Origin: an uncultured Thermoplasmata archaeon
Lineage (GTDB): Archaea > Thermoplasmatota > Thermoplasmata > Halarchaeoplasmatales > Halarchaeoplasmataceae
Assembly (NCBI GenBank): GCA_964399335.1
Contig: CAYNQI010000002.1
Span: forward strand, 1-61,264
DNA: 61,264 nucleotides
Direction of reading: 5' to 3'
The notes under the pieces are model-generated. The model saw nothing but the letters and a program-made list of their open reading frames with translations, was not told the DNA's origin and ran no database searches. Numbering within the stretch: position 1 is the stretch's first letter; each line of letters starts with the position of its first letter. Made by a program: the position numbers and the translations under genes. Below, in pieces: positions 18,069 to 28,564 of this stretch.

Positions 18069-20075
18069 TCATCTTTGGGGAGGAGGGGGCGGAGTTTCTC
18101 CTTCATCAAAACCACCTTCTTCCTTCGGAGGATACGAAGTCCGTTCCTGTTGTGGTGGCTGTGGCGATTCTGGTGGTGGACCTTGATCCGGAGGTACGTG
18201 ACCTCCCTGATCTCCTTTGTCACCGCTACCCATCAATTTTACGGCAACCACTATGATTACCGCTATGATAACGATGATTATTATAATAGCTATAGCGAGA
18301 CACATCATACCTCTCTCTATTAAATCATCCAAAAATCCTTCAGGATCTACTTCATCTTCTTCTACATTAACGATAAATTCAGCAGTCAAACCTTCTGCTT
18401 CTACTTCATAAGTTCCAGCTTCATCTGTCATAAAAGTTATACTAGCGGTTTCGGTTTCTCCACCAGCAACAGAGACCGTATCCGATCCAACATTAACTTC
18501 GTTGACATAAAACTCTACAGTATAATCACCTGTCTCCTCACCAACATTTTCTACATCGATAATCAACTCTAATTCTTCACCTACAAGAACCTCAGTTGGT
18601 TCGGTTCTCAGATTCGAAAATTCAAACTCTGCGGGATCTAGAGCAGTGGGGTCCTCTTCGAAATGAGCCGTGATATCCATATCGCTTTCCATGACTATAA
18701 CGATGTTCTCCTCTTCACTAACGTAATCTCCTGTCCATTCATAAAATTCTCTATCCTCATATGGGACTGCATTCAACTCAACTTCAGTTCCGTGTAGATA
18801 AACGTCTTCATAGGGCCATTCTGTTATTTCAACACCATCTACTTCGACTGTACCTTCCCCGATGGGGTCATTTATCGTAAGTGTATGTTCACCTGTTATG
18901 GCATAAAGATGATTATCAAAAGACCCAAAGTATAAAGTGCCATCTTCTCCAATTGATGGTGATGATCTCACATCATCATCCGTCATAAACGTCCAATCTT
19001 CCGTTCCATCTTGATTCACGGCATGTAAGTTGTTGTTTGCTGATCCAATATATATTGTACCATCACCACCGATAGCTGGTGCAGATTGCACAAAACCGCC
19101 TGTATGATATATCCATTCTTCCGTCCCATCTGGGTTGATTGCATAGAGGTTCTCGTCTCCACCACCTACGTAGATAGTACCATCCTCACCAATAGCCGGA
19201 TTAGGTGATGGTTCCCACCCTATTTCGAAGGTCCATTTCTCAGTCCCATCTGGGTTAACCGCATACAAATTCTCGTCCCAGGAACCGAAATAGATCGTAC
19301 CGTCGTCAGCGATAGTAGGGGTGGACCATACATTCCCACCTGTTTCAAAGCTCCATCTTTCTGTCCCATTCGGATTGAGTGCGTATAGATTATTGTCCCA
19401 GGAACCTGCATATATGGTTCCATCGTCACCGATAGCAGGAGAAGAAAACACTAAATCACCAGTGGTAAAATTCCATTTCTCAGTCCCATCTGGGTTGATT
19501 GCATATATGTTGTTATCAAAAGAACCAAAATAGATTGTACCGTCCTCCCCGATGGTGGGAGAAGAAAACACTATACCATCTGTTTCAAAAGTCCATCTTT
19601 CAGTACCTGCCCTACTAATAGCATATAGATTGCCATCGTGCGAGCCGACATATATGGTTCCGTCATCACCAATGGCGGGAGATGAAGAGATATGATCGTT
19701 AGCCTCAAAGCTCCATCTTTCTGTCCCGACTCTATTGAGAGCATATAGATTATTGTCCCGGGAGCCAACATATATGGTACCATCGTCTCCAATAGCAGGA
19801 GATGACAAGATATTATCCTCTGTTTCAAAGCTCCATCTTTCAGTGCCATCTACATGACTGGTGTCGTATGGACTCCTACGGGTGTTCCTTTGATCACGAC
19901 CAAAACTAGGCCATGGAGAATCCGCTAACTGTTTCAATTCCATTTCGGTCTGTGTATATTCAAAATTTTCGTTTCTTTGTATATCCAACGATGCAATACC
20001 CGCAACCAAGATTGAGAGAATTAACATCGATGTAACCGCTAAAATTATCGCTTTACCATGCCTATTTTTTTCCAT
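18069..20075 (-). CDS. Membrane-anchored cell-surface protein: PQQ-like beta-propeller, B-repeat-like and CARDB-like domains, TM helix, Pro-rich tail
   Basis: N-terminal signal/TM, SPWPSFGRDQRNT, eight 40-aa repeats, Ig-like domains (VELNAVPY...FYEWTGD; IDVENVGEETG), hydrophobic IAIIIIIVIIAVIIVV, PPQ-rich C-terminus. Confidence 0.85.
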   Translation of the reverse strand: MEKNRHGKAIILAVTSMLILSILVAGIASLDIQRNENFEYTQTEMELKQLADSPWPSFGRDQRNTRRSPYDTSHVDGTERWSFETEDNILSSPAIGDDGTIYVGSRDNNLYALNRVGTERWSFEANDHISSSPAIGDDGTIYVGSHDGNLYAISRAGTERWTFETDGIVFSSPTIGEDGTIYFGSFDNNIYAINPDGTEKWNFTTGDLVFSSPAIGDDGTIYAGSWDNNLYALNPNGTERWSFETGGNVWSTPTIADDGTIYFGSWDENLYAVNPDGTEKWTFEIGWEPSPNPAIGEDGTIYVGGGDENLYAINPDGTEEWIYHTGGFVQSAPAIGGDGTIYIGSANNNLHAVNQDGTEDWTFMTDDDVRSSPSIGEDGTLYFGSFDNHLYAITGEHTLTINDPIGEGTVEVDGVEITEWPYEDVYLHGTEVELNAVPYEDREFYEWTGDYVSEEENIVIVMESDMDITAHFEEDPTALDPAEFEFSNLRTEPTEVLVGEELELIIDVENVGEETGDYTVEFYVNEVNVGSDTVSVAGGETETASITFMTDEAGTYEVEAEGLTAEFIVNVEEDEVDPEGFLDDLIERGMMCLAIAIIIIIVIIAVIIVVAVKLMGSGDKGDQGGHVPPDQGPPPESPQPPQQERTSYPPKEEGGFDEGETPPPPPQR
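18891..19835 (-). repeat. Eight tandem 120-bp coding repeats (beta-propeller blades)
   Basis: Unit consensus W-x-F-x-T-x5-SSPAIGxDGTIYxGSxDxNLYAxNxDGTE[RK], repeated 8 times; the last copy is shortened. Confidence 0.9.
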
Positions 20076-20406
20076 ATCTTAACCACCTACATTTTTTTAT
20101 AATTGATAACGAGATTCTCAAATTTTTAGTGTTGTAATGTTCATTAAAAGTTTATAAATAGTATCCTTAAAATCTTTTATTTTGAATACTTCCTGAAGAA
20201 TACTGAGGGACCTATGGTGATCCCCAAGTTCAATTCTGGATCTTTCTAGATTTGCTACCACTATAGCTTTCAAACCTCAGATTATAATATGAGATTAAAA
20301 TATTTATATTTGTCGTTTATCTGTTTTTTATAGATTTTCTAATCTGGCTAAGGGATTCAAAATCAACAGATTTATTATATAATGTTGTTATAACTTATGT
20401 GATAAC

Positions 20407-20850
20407 ATGGGTGGAGAAAAAAATAAAATGAATAAATACAAAGCCGTGCTAAATAAAAAGAGTGGGTTCGAATCCGAAGTAAAAATCAGGGATTTTACGA
20501 TAACTATCGATGAACCAGAAAGAATTGGAGGAACGAACAAAGGCCCTAATCCTGTTGAAGTTTTACTTGGTTCTTTAGTGGGCTGTCTAGATTTCACCGG
20601 AACTATTGTAGCTCAGCAGATGGGATATGAACTAGAAGATTTCAAGCTCGAAGTTGAAGGAGAACTTGATCCACGTGGGGTCATGGGTGAAGCTGACGTA
20701 CCTGCGGGATTACAGGAGATACATGTAAAAGTGAAAGAAGTAAAAGGTATCCCTGAAGAAAAGATAACGGAATTTTTAGAGGCCGTTCAAGATAGGTGTC
20801 CAGTTGATAACACTATCACTAAAGGTGTAACCGTCGATATCGAATGGTGA
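20407..20850 (+). CDS. OsmC/Ohr-family protein (paralogue 1)
   Basis: IDEPERIGGTNKGPNPVEVLLGSLVGC...RCPV with two Cys. Alternative start at 20428. Confidence 0.88.
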   Translation: MGGEKNKMNKYKAVLNKKSGFESEVKIRDFTITIDEPERIGGTNKGPNPVEVLLGSLVGCLDFTGTIVAQQMGYELEDFKLEVEGELDPRGVMGEADVPAGLQEIHVKVKEVKGIPEEKITEFLEAVQDRCPVDNTITKGVTVDIEW

Positions 20851-20855
20851 TCGCC

Positions 20856-21305
20856 ATGGCACTAAAGATAGATCCTAGTATATTGGATTCAGATGATATC
20901 GGAGAAAAGACAGCTAGGTTGGAGATGGGACACAAAGAGGCAATCGAATACGTGCGAAAAGTCTGTGAAAAAAACGGTTTCGGGATACTAGTGGAGTTTT
21001 CACCCTCTGAGGTGTTGAACAAAAAAGTGGGTGCAGATAAAGATCCATATTACGTTTTAGGTGCCTGCAATGCCAAAGTAGCTGATAATGCTCTGGATAT
21101 GACCATGAAGATCGGATGTCTCTTCCCATGTAATATGGTTATATGGGAAGAAGAGCCAGGGGTACAAACAGTTTACCACATATCCATCATGAAAGCGGCC
21201 CGATTATTAGGTATAGCTCCAGATAACGGAGATTGGCAAGCGATAATCGACGAAACTGGAAAGAACGTTGCAGCGGTCTTCGAAGAGTTAAAATCCCATA
21301 AATAA
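20856..21305 (+). CDS. DUF302 domain protein
   Basis: GFGIL...YYVLGACN...IGCLFPCNMVIWE, the LGACN/LPC signature of DUF302. GGTGA RBS before ATG 20856. Confidence 0.85.
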   Translation: MALKIDPSILDSDDIGEKTARLEMGHKEAIEYVRKVCEKNGFGILVEFSPSEVLNKKVGADKDPYYVLGACNAKVADNALDMTMKIGCLFPCNMVIWEEEPGVQTVYHISIMKAARLLGIAPDNGDWQAIIDETGKNVAAVFEELKSHK

Positions 21306-21325
21306 AACCAGTTTTAATGGAAAAA

Positions 21326-21784
21326 TCATTCAGGTGGTGGGGTGTCTGAATCCCCTTGAGTGGAATGATGACTTTCTTGACCAGATGGTTCCTGCGGAGG
21401 TTGAGCTTGGCCTTGTTGATATCCATATTGAGGTGGAAAGTACTGTGGAAAAGCTCTACCTAATGCACTTTTAACCTCATCCATTTTGAGATACCATAAA
21501 ATGAATATTATAGCTCCAAAAATAACACCGGGCATAAGTAGTATTATGCCGAGTATCAAGCCTAATGTAGTTAAACCATACTTGGCCTGTATGCTGGTTC
21601 CGTTCCGTTGAGGGTAGAATTCAAATTCGTAGGAATTCAATGTGCTCTTACCTTCTAATATATTCTGATAACCACTCAAATTTATGCTAGATTCGGAATA
21701 AACAATAGATTGTATCTTACTTTTAGCTGTTTCAACATCATCGTTTGTAAACAGGTTTTGATCACTCAGTTTGATACCATCCAT
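21326..21784 (-). CDS. Hypothetical membrane protein with Gln/Pro-rich C-terminal tail
   Basis: Helical hairpin GLILGIILLMPGVIFGAIIFILWY followed by PQYFPPQYGYQQ...TPPPE. Confidence 0.65.
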   Translation of the reverse strand: MDGIKLSDQNLFTNDDVETAKSKIQSIVYSESSINLSGYQNILEGKSTLNSYEFEFYPQRNGTSIQAKYGLTTLGLILGIILLMPGVIFGAIIFILWYLKMDEVKSALGRAFPQYFPPQYGYQQGQAQPPQEPSGQESHHSTQGDSDTPPPE

Positions 21785-21956
21785 TATCTTTCACCTCATT
21801 CCTTAATATTATGGAGTTTTATTTATACGTATTGTTTTCATCTTACTTTGGTAGAATAGCAGAGTTTACTTGAACTCTTTCAAGAAAGGAAATCCTGGAT
21901 AGTATTTCATGGATGAAACCTGAAGTCCTGCGCAACCTATATATCGAGATCAATTA

Positions 21957-22472
21957 ATGATAATTTTAAGTCGTAGCAATGAACTTAAAAAAAAGACCTC
22001 AAAAAAAAAGTTAGCTTTTTACTTGGTGTTAATTATTGTATTAATCCTTATAATATCTTTCGCTTTTAAAAATACACGAGATGATATCCACTTCGAAGAG
22101 GAAATTATCTTTATCACGAATTCAAACGGTGATGAGATCGAGATGAACGTTTTAGTAGCCGAAGATAGTGAACAAAATGAAAAGGGATTGATGGGACGAG
22201 AAACGCTGTGTGATTACTGCGGTATGCTTTTCGTATTCGAAGAGGATGTTGAAGGAGGATTTTGGATGAAGGATACTTACATACCGCTTTCTATAGCTTT
22301 TATCTCTGAGAGCGGGATGATAATGGAGATACGAGATATGGAACCAGAAACTACTGAGGTACACAAACCTGAAGAGCCATATAGATTCGCCCTTGAAGTG
22401 AACCAGGGATTCTTTGAAGATAATGATATCGTGGTGGGTGATAATGTGGTCATACCGGAAATATATAAGTGA
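21957..22472 (+). CDS. DUF192 family protein with N-terminal membrane anchor
   Basis: KGLMGR, GMLFVF, FWMKDTYIPLSIAFI, FALEVNQG. Confidence 0.88.
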   Translation: MIILSRSNELKKKTSKKKLAFYLVLIIVLILIISFAFKNTRDDIHFEEEIIFITNSNGDEIEMNVLVAEDSEQNEKGLMGRETLCDYCGMLFVFEEDVEGGFWMKDTYIPLSIAFISESGMIMEIRDMEPETTEVHKPEEPYRFALEVNQGFFEDNDIVVGDNVVIPEIYK

Positions 22473-22794
22473 AATGGATATTCACCGCTATTTTATTGGG
22501 TATCTATGATAGTTTCATAATAGCAGAAAGGATACAACTACAGCGACGATAGGACAGTATATCAGGTCTTCGATATGGAATTTGACTAGCTAATCCTCCC
22601 ACTATGAACAATATCCCAAAGATGAACAGACTATTCATTAGGAATGTTTGATCATATATGAAACCTAAAATCAGATAAAATACCAAAGATAATAGACTAC
22701 AACTGTAGATAGGTGTCTATTATAGATAACTGGATAGGTGAGAATACTTAAACTTTATAAAATTCTAGAACCAACAAAAAGTATTGAACATGGA

Positions 22795-23952
22795 TCATTT
22801 CTTTCCTGGTCTCAAGTACAACTCTATCAATATAACACCGATGATCATCGATATACCTGCTATCAACAATGCGGTTCCAACTGAAAATATCTCTGCAAGA
22901 TTTGAAAAGATGATTATGCCTGAGAAAGAACCTATCGTACCCATGGTACCCCTTATACCCATACCTTTTCCTCTGTCCTCTTTTGCCGTTCCATCAGCTA
23001 TCATCTCGAAAACCACAGGATGATAGAGTCCCCCTATAATACCCCAGAACATCGAGATCAATATCAATATCATGAGGGATTCAGTTTGAGATACCAATAT
23101 TATAGCCAAGGCTGAGAATCCTGTTGAAATAGTTAAAATAATTTTTTTGCTAAAAACTTTTTCTATCTTCTTACTGAATATACGGACCATAGAAGCAAAA
23201 CCCATACGGGTAAACTGTATCAAACCGATTATCGTGGCTGTGAAACCTATCCCAGACAGGTATAAAGGAAAAATAGAAAAAGCCAGATTGAAGTTCATGA
23301 ACATCAATACTGAAAATAAAGAACCCCTCATCACCTCTGGGTTCTTCAGAGTTTTTATAGAATCTTTGTATATCGAAATTAAGGACGTGCTGTTTAAATC
23401 CTCAACTCTTTCTTCTGAACGATCGTTTTTAACCAGCAAAAAAACGATGAAAAGAGTAGGTAATGAAAGGAGGAAACATATCAAAAAAAGACGATCCATG
23501 CCATATAGATCTTTCAGAAATCCTCCTAGAGGTACCGACATTGTGTAAGCTACACCGACTATTAAGGTAAAAAGTGGGATCTTCTCCTTACCAAATTGGG
23601 TCATGAACGAAGGCAGTGTCACCCACTCCATACATACAGCGATACCTACCAGGATCTGAGCTAGGAAAAGAAGGGGCCATAGAACAGGGGACATCAAGTA
23701 CAATATCATGGATAAGAACAGAGATAAGGATCCAAAAACGATCATCCTGTTGTAACCCAATATATCGGAAAGTGAACCCATAGGTATCCTTCCGAATACC
23801 TGTACAAGATGGTAAACAGCCACAACATAACCTATCATAGATATAGAAAGACCGATATCCTCTCCATATAACGGGATATATGGTAGAAGTAAGGCTATCA
23901 AGAAGGATAGGATGAAAGCGAGTATTATAACAAGAAGAACATCTTTTTTCAA
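22795..23952 (-). CDS. MFS transporter
   Basis: About 12 hydrophobic segments, MFS motif GSLSDILGYNR, EDRGKGMG. Confidence 0.88.
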   Translation of the reverse strand: MKKDVLLVIILAFILSFLIALLLPYIPLYGEDIGLSISMIGYVVAVYHLVQVFGRIPMGSLSDILGYNRMIVFGSLSLFLSMILYLMSPVLWPLLFLAQILVGIAVCMEWVTLPSFMTQFGKEKIPLFTLIVGVAYTMSVPLGGFLKDLYGMDRLFLICFLLSLPTLFIVFLLVKNDRSEERVEDLNSTSLISIYKDSIKTLKNPEVMRGSLFSVLMFMNFNLAFSIFPLYLSGIGFTATIIGLIQFTRMGFASMVRIFSKKIEKVFSKKIILTISTGFSALAIILVSQTESLMILILISMFWGIIGGLYHPVVFEMIADGTAKEDRGKGMGIRGTMGTIGSFSGIIIFSNLAEIFSVGTALLIAGISMIIGVILIELYLRPGKK

Positions 23953-24259
23953 CTATATCACTGAGGAATCTATAAAGAGCGAAGACCATATAATTTATGG
24001 GATAAAGAAGAGAGGATTTTTCAAAATATCCATCGTATTTTCTCACGAACGTACGTAAAGTTTTATAATTTCTAGGACGGACGCCGGTTCAATTGGGGTT
24101 AGTATACGTGGTTGAATCATCCTCACAGAATGTAATAATTAAAATAAATTTAAGCAATTGCTAGGACACCTCTCAAAATCTTCATCAAAGCCTAGCCCAC
24201 ATATCTACGATACAATATTCAATGGTAATATCTCACCTGAATAAAACAATACCACATCT

Positions 24260-25870
24260 TCAATCTTGAACCACTTCTTCATTGATTTTTTCTATCAAAT
24301 ATCTTGAGACTAAAATGTTAGGATTGTTCACGTATAATGCTCCTTTTTCAAAATACTCTCGGGTCTTTTCCATCGTATGTGCTTTTGGTACCACTGGACA
24401 ATGTACATCCATCTCAAGTAATTTTTGAGATACTATGTCTCTATCGATAGTAGATATCACTACCTTAGCATTATTAATTGACGCTTTCTCCCAAGTATAG
24501 TCATGCATCGCATCACCAAAAACATAATTCTCACACTCCTCATCCAACTCTTCCAACTTAACAGGGTCGTCCTCAATTACAAGAAAATCAAAGCCCTTAG
24601 ATCTGCAGATTTCTACTAATTTTTTACCCTGCCGCCCATATCCAAGTATTATGGTATGATTTTTCAGACCAGGTTGGACTACACTTTTATCGTCAATCCT
24701 CTTAGCAGGGTATTTATCGACCATTCGTTTGAAAATTTTCCCAAATATCTGCTCTTCTTTTCTGATTGTGATAGAAGAGATTATCATGGTGACAACTACT
24801 GCTAAGATTATGGCATCGAACAGTTCTAGGATGATTATCCCTAACAAAAATCCCTCGATAGCGATTATAAGTGTGAACTCGCTCATCTGATTCAAACGAA
24901 AACCGGTCAATGCGGATGTCCTGATATCGAAACCCTCCCAAAGTAATATCAGGATAGTAAAGAATGGCTTGATAAATACTACTAGAAGCACCAATACTAA
25001 AGATATAAGAACTGTTTGTAAACTAGGTAAAGTTAAAAGTCCACCCAGCATAGCAAAAAATATAGCTGAGAAAAAATATTTTATGGATTCAACACCGTTA
25101 AGTAGCTCTGTAGATTTAACTGGTTCTATCTTTACAGCTAATCCCGCTATAAATGCCCCAACAGCTATCGAGATACCAAAATATTCACTTATCGAGATGA
25201 ATATTATAAGTAATGAAATACTACTCATAAGAGATAACTCTTCTGAATCACCAGCTAAACTTACTATATATTCAAAGCCATAATTGTATATCAACATGGC
25301 TATGACCAACAAGATAATCCCGATGATCAAGTTTCTTAAAATAGGTATAGGTGTAAGACCTCTAATAGATACTGCACCGAGGAACAATATAAGAAACACA
25401 GCTAAGATATCATCTGTGAATTGAATCGTTTCAGATAACCGACCACGGACCAATCTAGTTTTGCCTTCATGGCCTGCTAATTTAAAACCTACCATGGTAG
25501 AACTGAGGATAACTGCGGCTGCAAAGTAAAGGGAATTTATGTGGTCAAAACCTATCATCAGACCTATGATTATACTTAAAGACCCTATTATCAATATCTG
25601 GATACTTACAGCATATTCACTTTCCCATAACACAGTTTTGATCTCCTTAAAATCTACTGAAACGCCGAAAGCAAATACTAAGAACGCAACACCCCAGCGG
25701 GCCAATTCGAATATGTTTTCTTGCTCGATGAAAAAACCTGCAATTATGCCGGCTAATATGAATATAGGTACCGAAGGTAGCGATAATTTATTAGATATTA
25801 ACAGAAAACCGCCTATGATTATGAATAAGATAGCTAGATCCATGACCGGCTCTGCTAACTCAACGGCCAT
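24260..25870 (-). CDS. CPA2 cation:proton antiporter (Kef-type) with C-terminal RCK/TrkA-N domain
   Basis: Multi-TM N-terminus with GAFIAGL and QMSEF; RCK domain ILGYGRQG and YVFGDA. Confidence 0.88.
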   Translation of the reverse strand: MAVELAEPVMDLAILFIIIGGFLLISNKLSLPSVPIFILAGIIAGFFIEQENIFELARWGVAFLVFAFGVSVDFKEIKTVLWESEYAVSIQILIIGSLSIIIGLMIGFDHINSLYFAAAVILSSTMVGFKLAGHEGKTRLVRGRLSETIQFTDDILAVFLILFLGAVSIRGLTPIPILRNLIIGIILLVIAMLIYNYGFEYIVSLAGDSEELSLMSSISLLIIFISISEYFGISIAVGAFIAGLAVKIEPVKSTELLNGVESIKYFFSAIFFAMLGGLLTLPSLQTVLISLVLVLLVVFIKPFFTILILLWEGFDIRTSALTGFRLNQMSEFTLIIAIEGFLLGIIILELFDAIILAVVVTMIISSITIRKEEQIFGKIFKRMVDKYPAKRIDDKSVVQPGLKNHTIILGYGRQGKKLVEICRSKGFDFLVIEDDPVKLEELDEECENYVFGDAMHDYTWEKASINNAKVVISTIDRDIVSQKLLEMDVHCPVVPKAHTMEKTREYFEKGALYVNNPNILVSRYLIEKINEEVVQD

Positions 25871-27518
25871 CTTTCAGTTCACCTCCAATATCTTGATCGT
25901 TCATATCTTTCAAGTAGCCTTCAACATATTTGAAAAGCTGTAATGCAGATACTTCGTTAATAAGTAATACATGATCTGCACCCATCTCATGTAATATATC
26001 AGACTCTTCCTTCCATTCACATTCTATGAATACTTTGGTACCAGATCCAACATTATCTAATAAAATTGAATTTAAATGAATATCTGAAATAGAACTGAAA
26101 ACAAAACTAGCTTCTTTAAGATTTAAAGCTCTACGTACCTCACCATACCTGAAATCACCATAGATATTGTCTAGACCCTGGCTATCCAATTTTACTATCT
26201 TTTCAGCATCGCTGTCAAGGATTAGTACATGTTCGAAATGCTCTTTTAGTACTGGTACAAGTTTTTCAGCTAAATTGTCGTATCCTATGACCACTGCGTG
26301 TTCACTGTACTTTTTCAGATCAACATCCTTTCTTTCAGTATCTAATCGTTTAAACAAATGTTTCACACGTTCGTAGATCTTATGGTTATTAGCTATGATA
26401 TAAGTAGAAGCACTCATAGTCATAAGAGCCATAAGACTCAGGTAGCCTAGTACTTCTATCTCGATAAAACCCTGAGCTACTGCTAAAGCCCCGACTACCA
26501 GAGAGAACTCGCTGACCTGTATCATATTGATACTGCCTATGAAAGAGGTTTTAACGGAGAAATCCTCTTTATATATCAAATAAAACATTATCAAGAAATT
26601 TCCGAATACGAGGATGACCGAAGCTATGACCGCTTCCTTCCAGTAATAGAAAAGCTCGTCAGCCACTAATCGTAATCCTATGCTAGAGAAGAAAACCAGT
26701 ATGAAAAAATCAGTTATCGGTTTGACACGATCTTCCAATTCTCTACTGTACGGCAATTGAGCAAGACCTAAGCCTGCAAGGAAAGCACCAACTTCTATGG
26801 ACAACTCAAGTCGTTTGGAGGTGTAAATAAATAGAAAGGCCCATGCTATGGTAAATAAGAAAAAAACCTCTTTGTTATCTGCTATCTTTTTAAAAATTTT
26901 AGGAAGTACGTAACGGGATGAAGCTATTGTAACAATACTAATAGCAGCTATCAATATCAGTATTTTGACCACGGTTGTAGCAACTTCTAGTGGTTCGGCT
27001 AAGGTACCTATACCCAATAATGCTAGAGCGATGACTAGATAGATATCTTGGCCGATCAAGACTCCCACATTTATCCTTCCGGGTAACGTTCGGATCTCAT
27101 CTTTATCAGTGAGTACTTTTACTATCACCGGTGTAGCACCGAATATCGTACACAAACCTATCACGAATGCCTGCCATAATGGGAAACCAAGGAGATACGC
27201 CACTAAAAAGGCCAGGGATTGCTGTAATAGGATCTGACTCCCGGCTATATTTACTATGGGTCGAAATATTTCTTTGATCTCATCGAAGTGCATCTTGATC
27301 CCTAGAAGGAAAAGAAGGAATCCTAAGCCGAGACTGGACATGATCTCTACTAATCCTTCTTCAACAACTATATTGAGGCCGACGGGTCCTAGGATAACGC
27401 CCGTTAAAATATACGAAACTATCGTAGGCTGCCCTAATCTATGTGCTATATAACCAACTAAGGTAGCTGCAACGAAAATTATAGCAAAGTTGGTCGGATA
27501 AGCTATAGCACTAGACAT
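25860..27518 (-). CDS. CPA2 cation:proton antiporter (Kef-type) with degenerate RCK domain
   Basis: YILTGVILGP, GAFLAGLGLA, FFSSIG, QVSEFSLVV; RCK region VIGYDNLA and IYGDF. Start at ATG 27518. Confidence 0.88.
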   Translation of the reverse strand: MSSAIAYPTNFAIIFVAATLVGYIAHRLGQPTIVSYILTGVILGPVGLNIVVEEGLVEIMSSLGLGFLLFLLGIKMHFDEIKEIFRPIVNIAGSQILLQQSLAFLVAYLLGFPLWQAFVIGLCTIFGATPVIVKVLTDKDEIRTLPGRINVGVLIGQDIYLVIALALLGIGTLAEPLEVATTVVKILILIAAISIVTIASSRYVLPKIFKKIADNKEVFFLFTIAWAFLFIYTSKRLELSIEVGAFLAGLGLAQLPYSRELEDRVKPITDFFILVFFSSIGLRLVADELFYYWKEAVIASVILVFGNFLIMFYLIYKEDFSVKTSFIGSINMIQVSEFSLVVGALAVAQGFIEIEVLGYLSLMALMTMSASTYIIANNHKIYERVKHLFKRLDTERKDVDLKKYSEHAVVIGYDNLAEKLVPVLKEHFEHVLILDSDAEKIVKLDSQGLDNIYGDFRYGEVRRALNLKEASFVFSSISDIHLNSILLDNVGSGTKVFIECEWKEESDILHEMGADHVLLINEVSALQLFKYVEGYLKDMNDQDIGGELKDGR

Positions 27519-27673
27519 ATTTTCCCTCTGATGATCTCGGATCTTGGTTTGGGTGTCAATCATTTACTAACTTAATAAAAATTTCCAAAGTGTCATGATG
27601 TCTAAAAATGGTGTATATAACTGTTTAAAAAAAGTGGAAAAAGTTTATTCCTATAGATGATTTTATAATATAC

Positions 27674-27892
27674 ATGGATAAGAAGCTGATAGTGATCATA
27701 TTGGGAGTTATCTTGATAGTGGCTGGGATCGCAGCTATGGCATATAGTGAACCTGCTGGAGGGCCGGGATCAGAAGCTAGTTGGGGTATCGCAGATGTTA
27801 GTGAGGATGTACATCCCTATTTTTGGCATGGTGTGATAATCTTACTGATAGGCATAATTCTACTTGCTGTAGCAGTAATCAAAATGGTTTAG
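27674..27892 (+). CDS. Small two-helix membrane protein
   Basis: 72 aa with two hydrophobic helices around a polar loop; preceded by a TTTTATAA TATA-like box. Confidence 0.6.
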   Translation: MDKKLIVIILGVILIVAGIAAMAYSEPAGGPGSEASWGIADVSEDVHPYFWHGVIILLIGIILLAVAVIKMV

Positions 27893-27945
27893 ACCTAATA
27901 TAAGAAGTCTATTATAACGTTAAAGTTACAGTCTAGATGAATACC

Positions 27946-28425
27946 TCACTCACAGTCACGAGTTTCTACAGTTAGATCTATCTCAACTTCAGTTTCCTCT
28001 TCAATGTTTTCAACTAAAACCACCTCATATGGATATGTCAAAACCTGAATCACCCCACAATCTTTACCTGGCCTAGTTTCTGTAGCATGGATTACTATCT
28101 TATCTTCTTTTTCCCTTATTTCATCAATTTCAACATTATAACCGCCTGTGCGCCTTTGGCCGAGAAGTACTGCTATGATCGAATTTTCTTCAAAATTTAT
28201 CTCTGTTTTATTATCCAGACTTCCAATTACCCGTTCATACTCCTCAGCATTATTGATAATAAATACTTCAGTTCCATTTGCCCTTCTTTCGGGACGAAAA
28301 CCTGACTCGATGGATTCAAAATCTATTGGTTCTCCTTCATCTTCCATTGGCAGGTAAGCTCCAGCTGCAACTAAAATAGCTGCGTTAACGATTATGATCC
28401 CCAAGTAGATCGTTTTATCTTTCAT
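27946..28425 (-). CDS. PrcB C-terminal-like domain protein, membrane-anchored
   Basis: N-terminal TM; INFEE...AVLLGQRRTGGYNVEI...QVLTYPY. Confidence 0.7.
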   Translation of the reverse strand: MKDKTIYLGIIIVNAAILVAAGAYLPMEDEGEPIDFESIESGFRPERRANGTEVFIINNAEEYERVIGSLDNKTEINFEENSIIAVLLGQRRTGGYNVEIDEIREKEDKIVIHATETRPGKDCGVIQVLTYPYEVVLVENIEEETEVEIDLTVETRDCE

Positions 28426-28564
28426 TTTTGATCCACCCTTTATCCCATCGGTAAATAATAGGTGAAAAATCGTATATCAACTTAATGGTTGGATTAGTAA
28501 ATCCCAAGTTTAATTATTAATGATAAATAGAAGTATGAAATAGGCTTTTAATCTTAAAAGCCAT

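Noticed and set aside
18891-19835. Regular repeats as a possible CRISPR array
   Set aside because: Units are 120-bp in-frame coding repeats with synonymous variation; there are no unique spacers and no cas genes.
20115-20270. About 50-codon minus-strand ORF (LKAIVVANLERSRIELGDHH...)
   Set aside because: No motif, paralogue or ATG start; indistinguishable from chance.
20463-20476. GGGTTCGAATCC tRNA T-loop-like motif
   Set aside because: It lies inside the OsmC CDS (SGFES) and no cloverleaf can be formed around it.
22504-22686. 60-aa hydrophobic minus-strand ORF
   Set aside because: TTG start without a clear RBS, upstream frames broken by stops, no recognisable family. It may be a gene remnant but cannot be supported.
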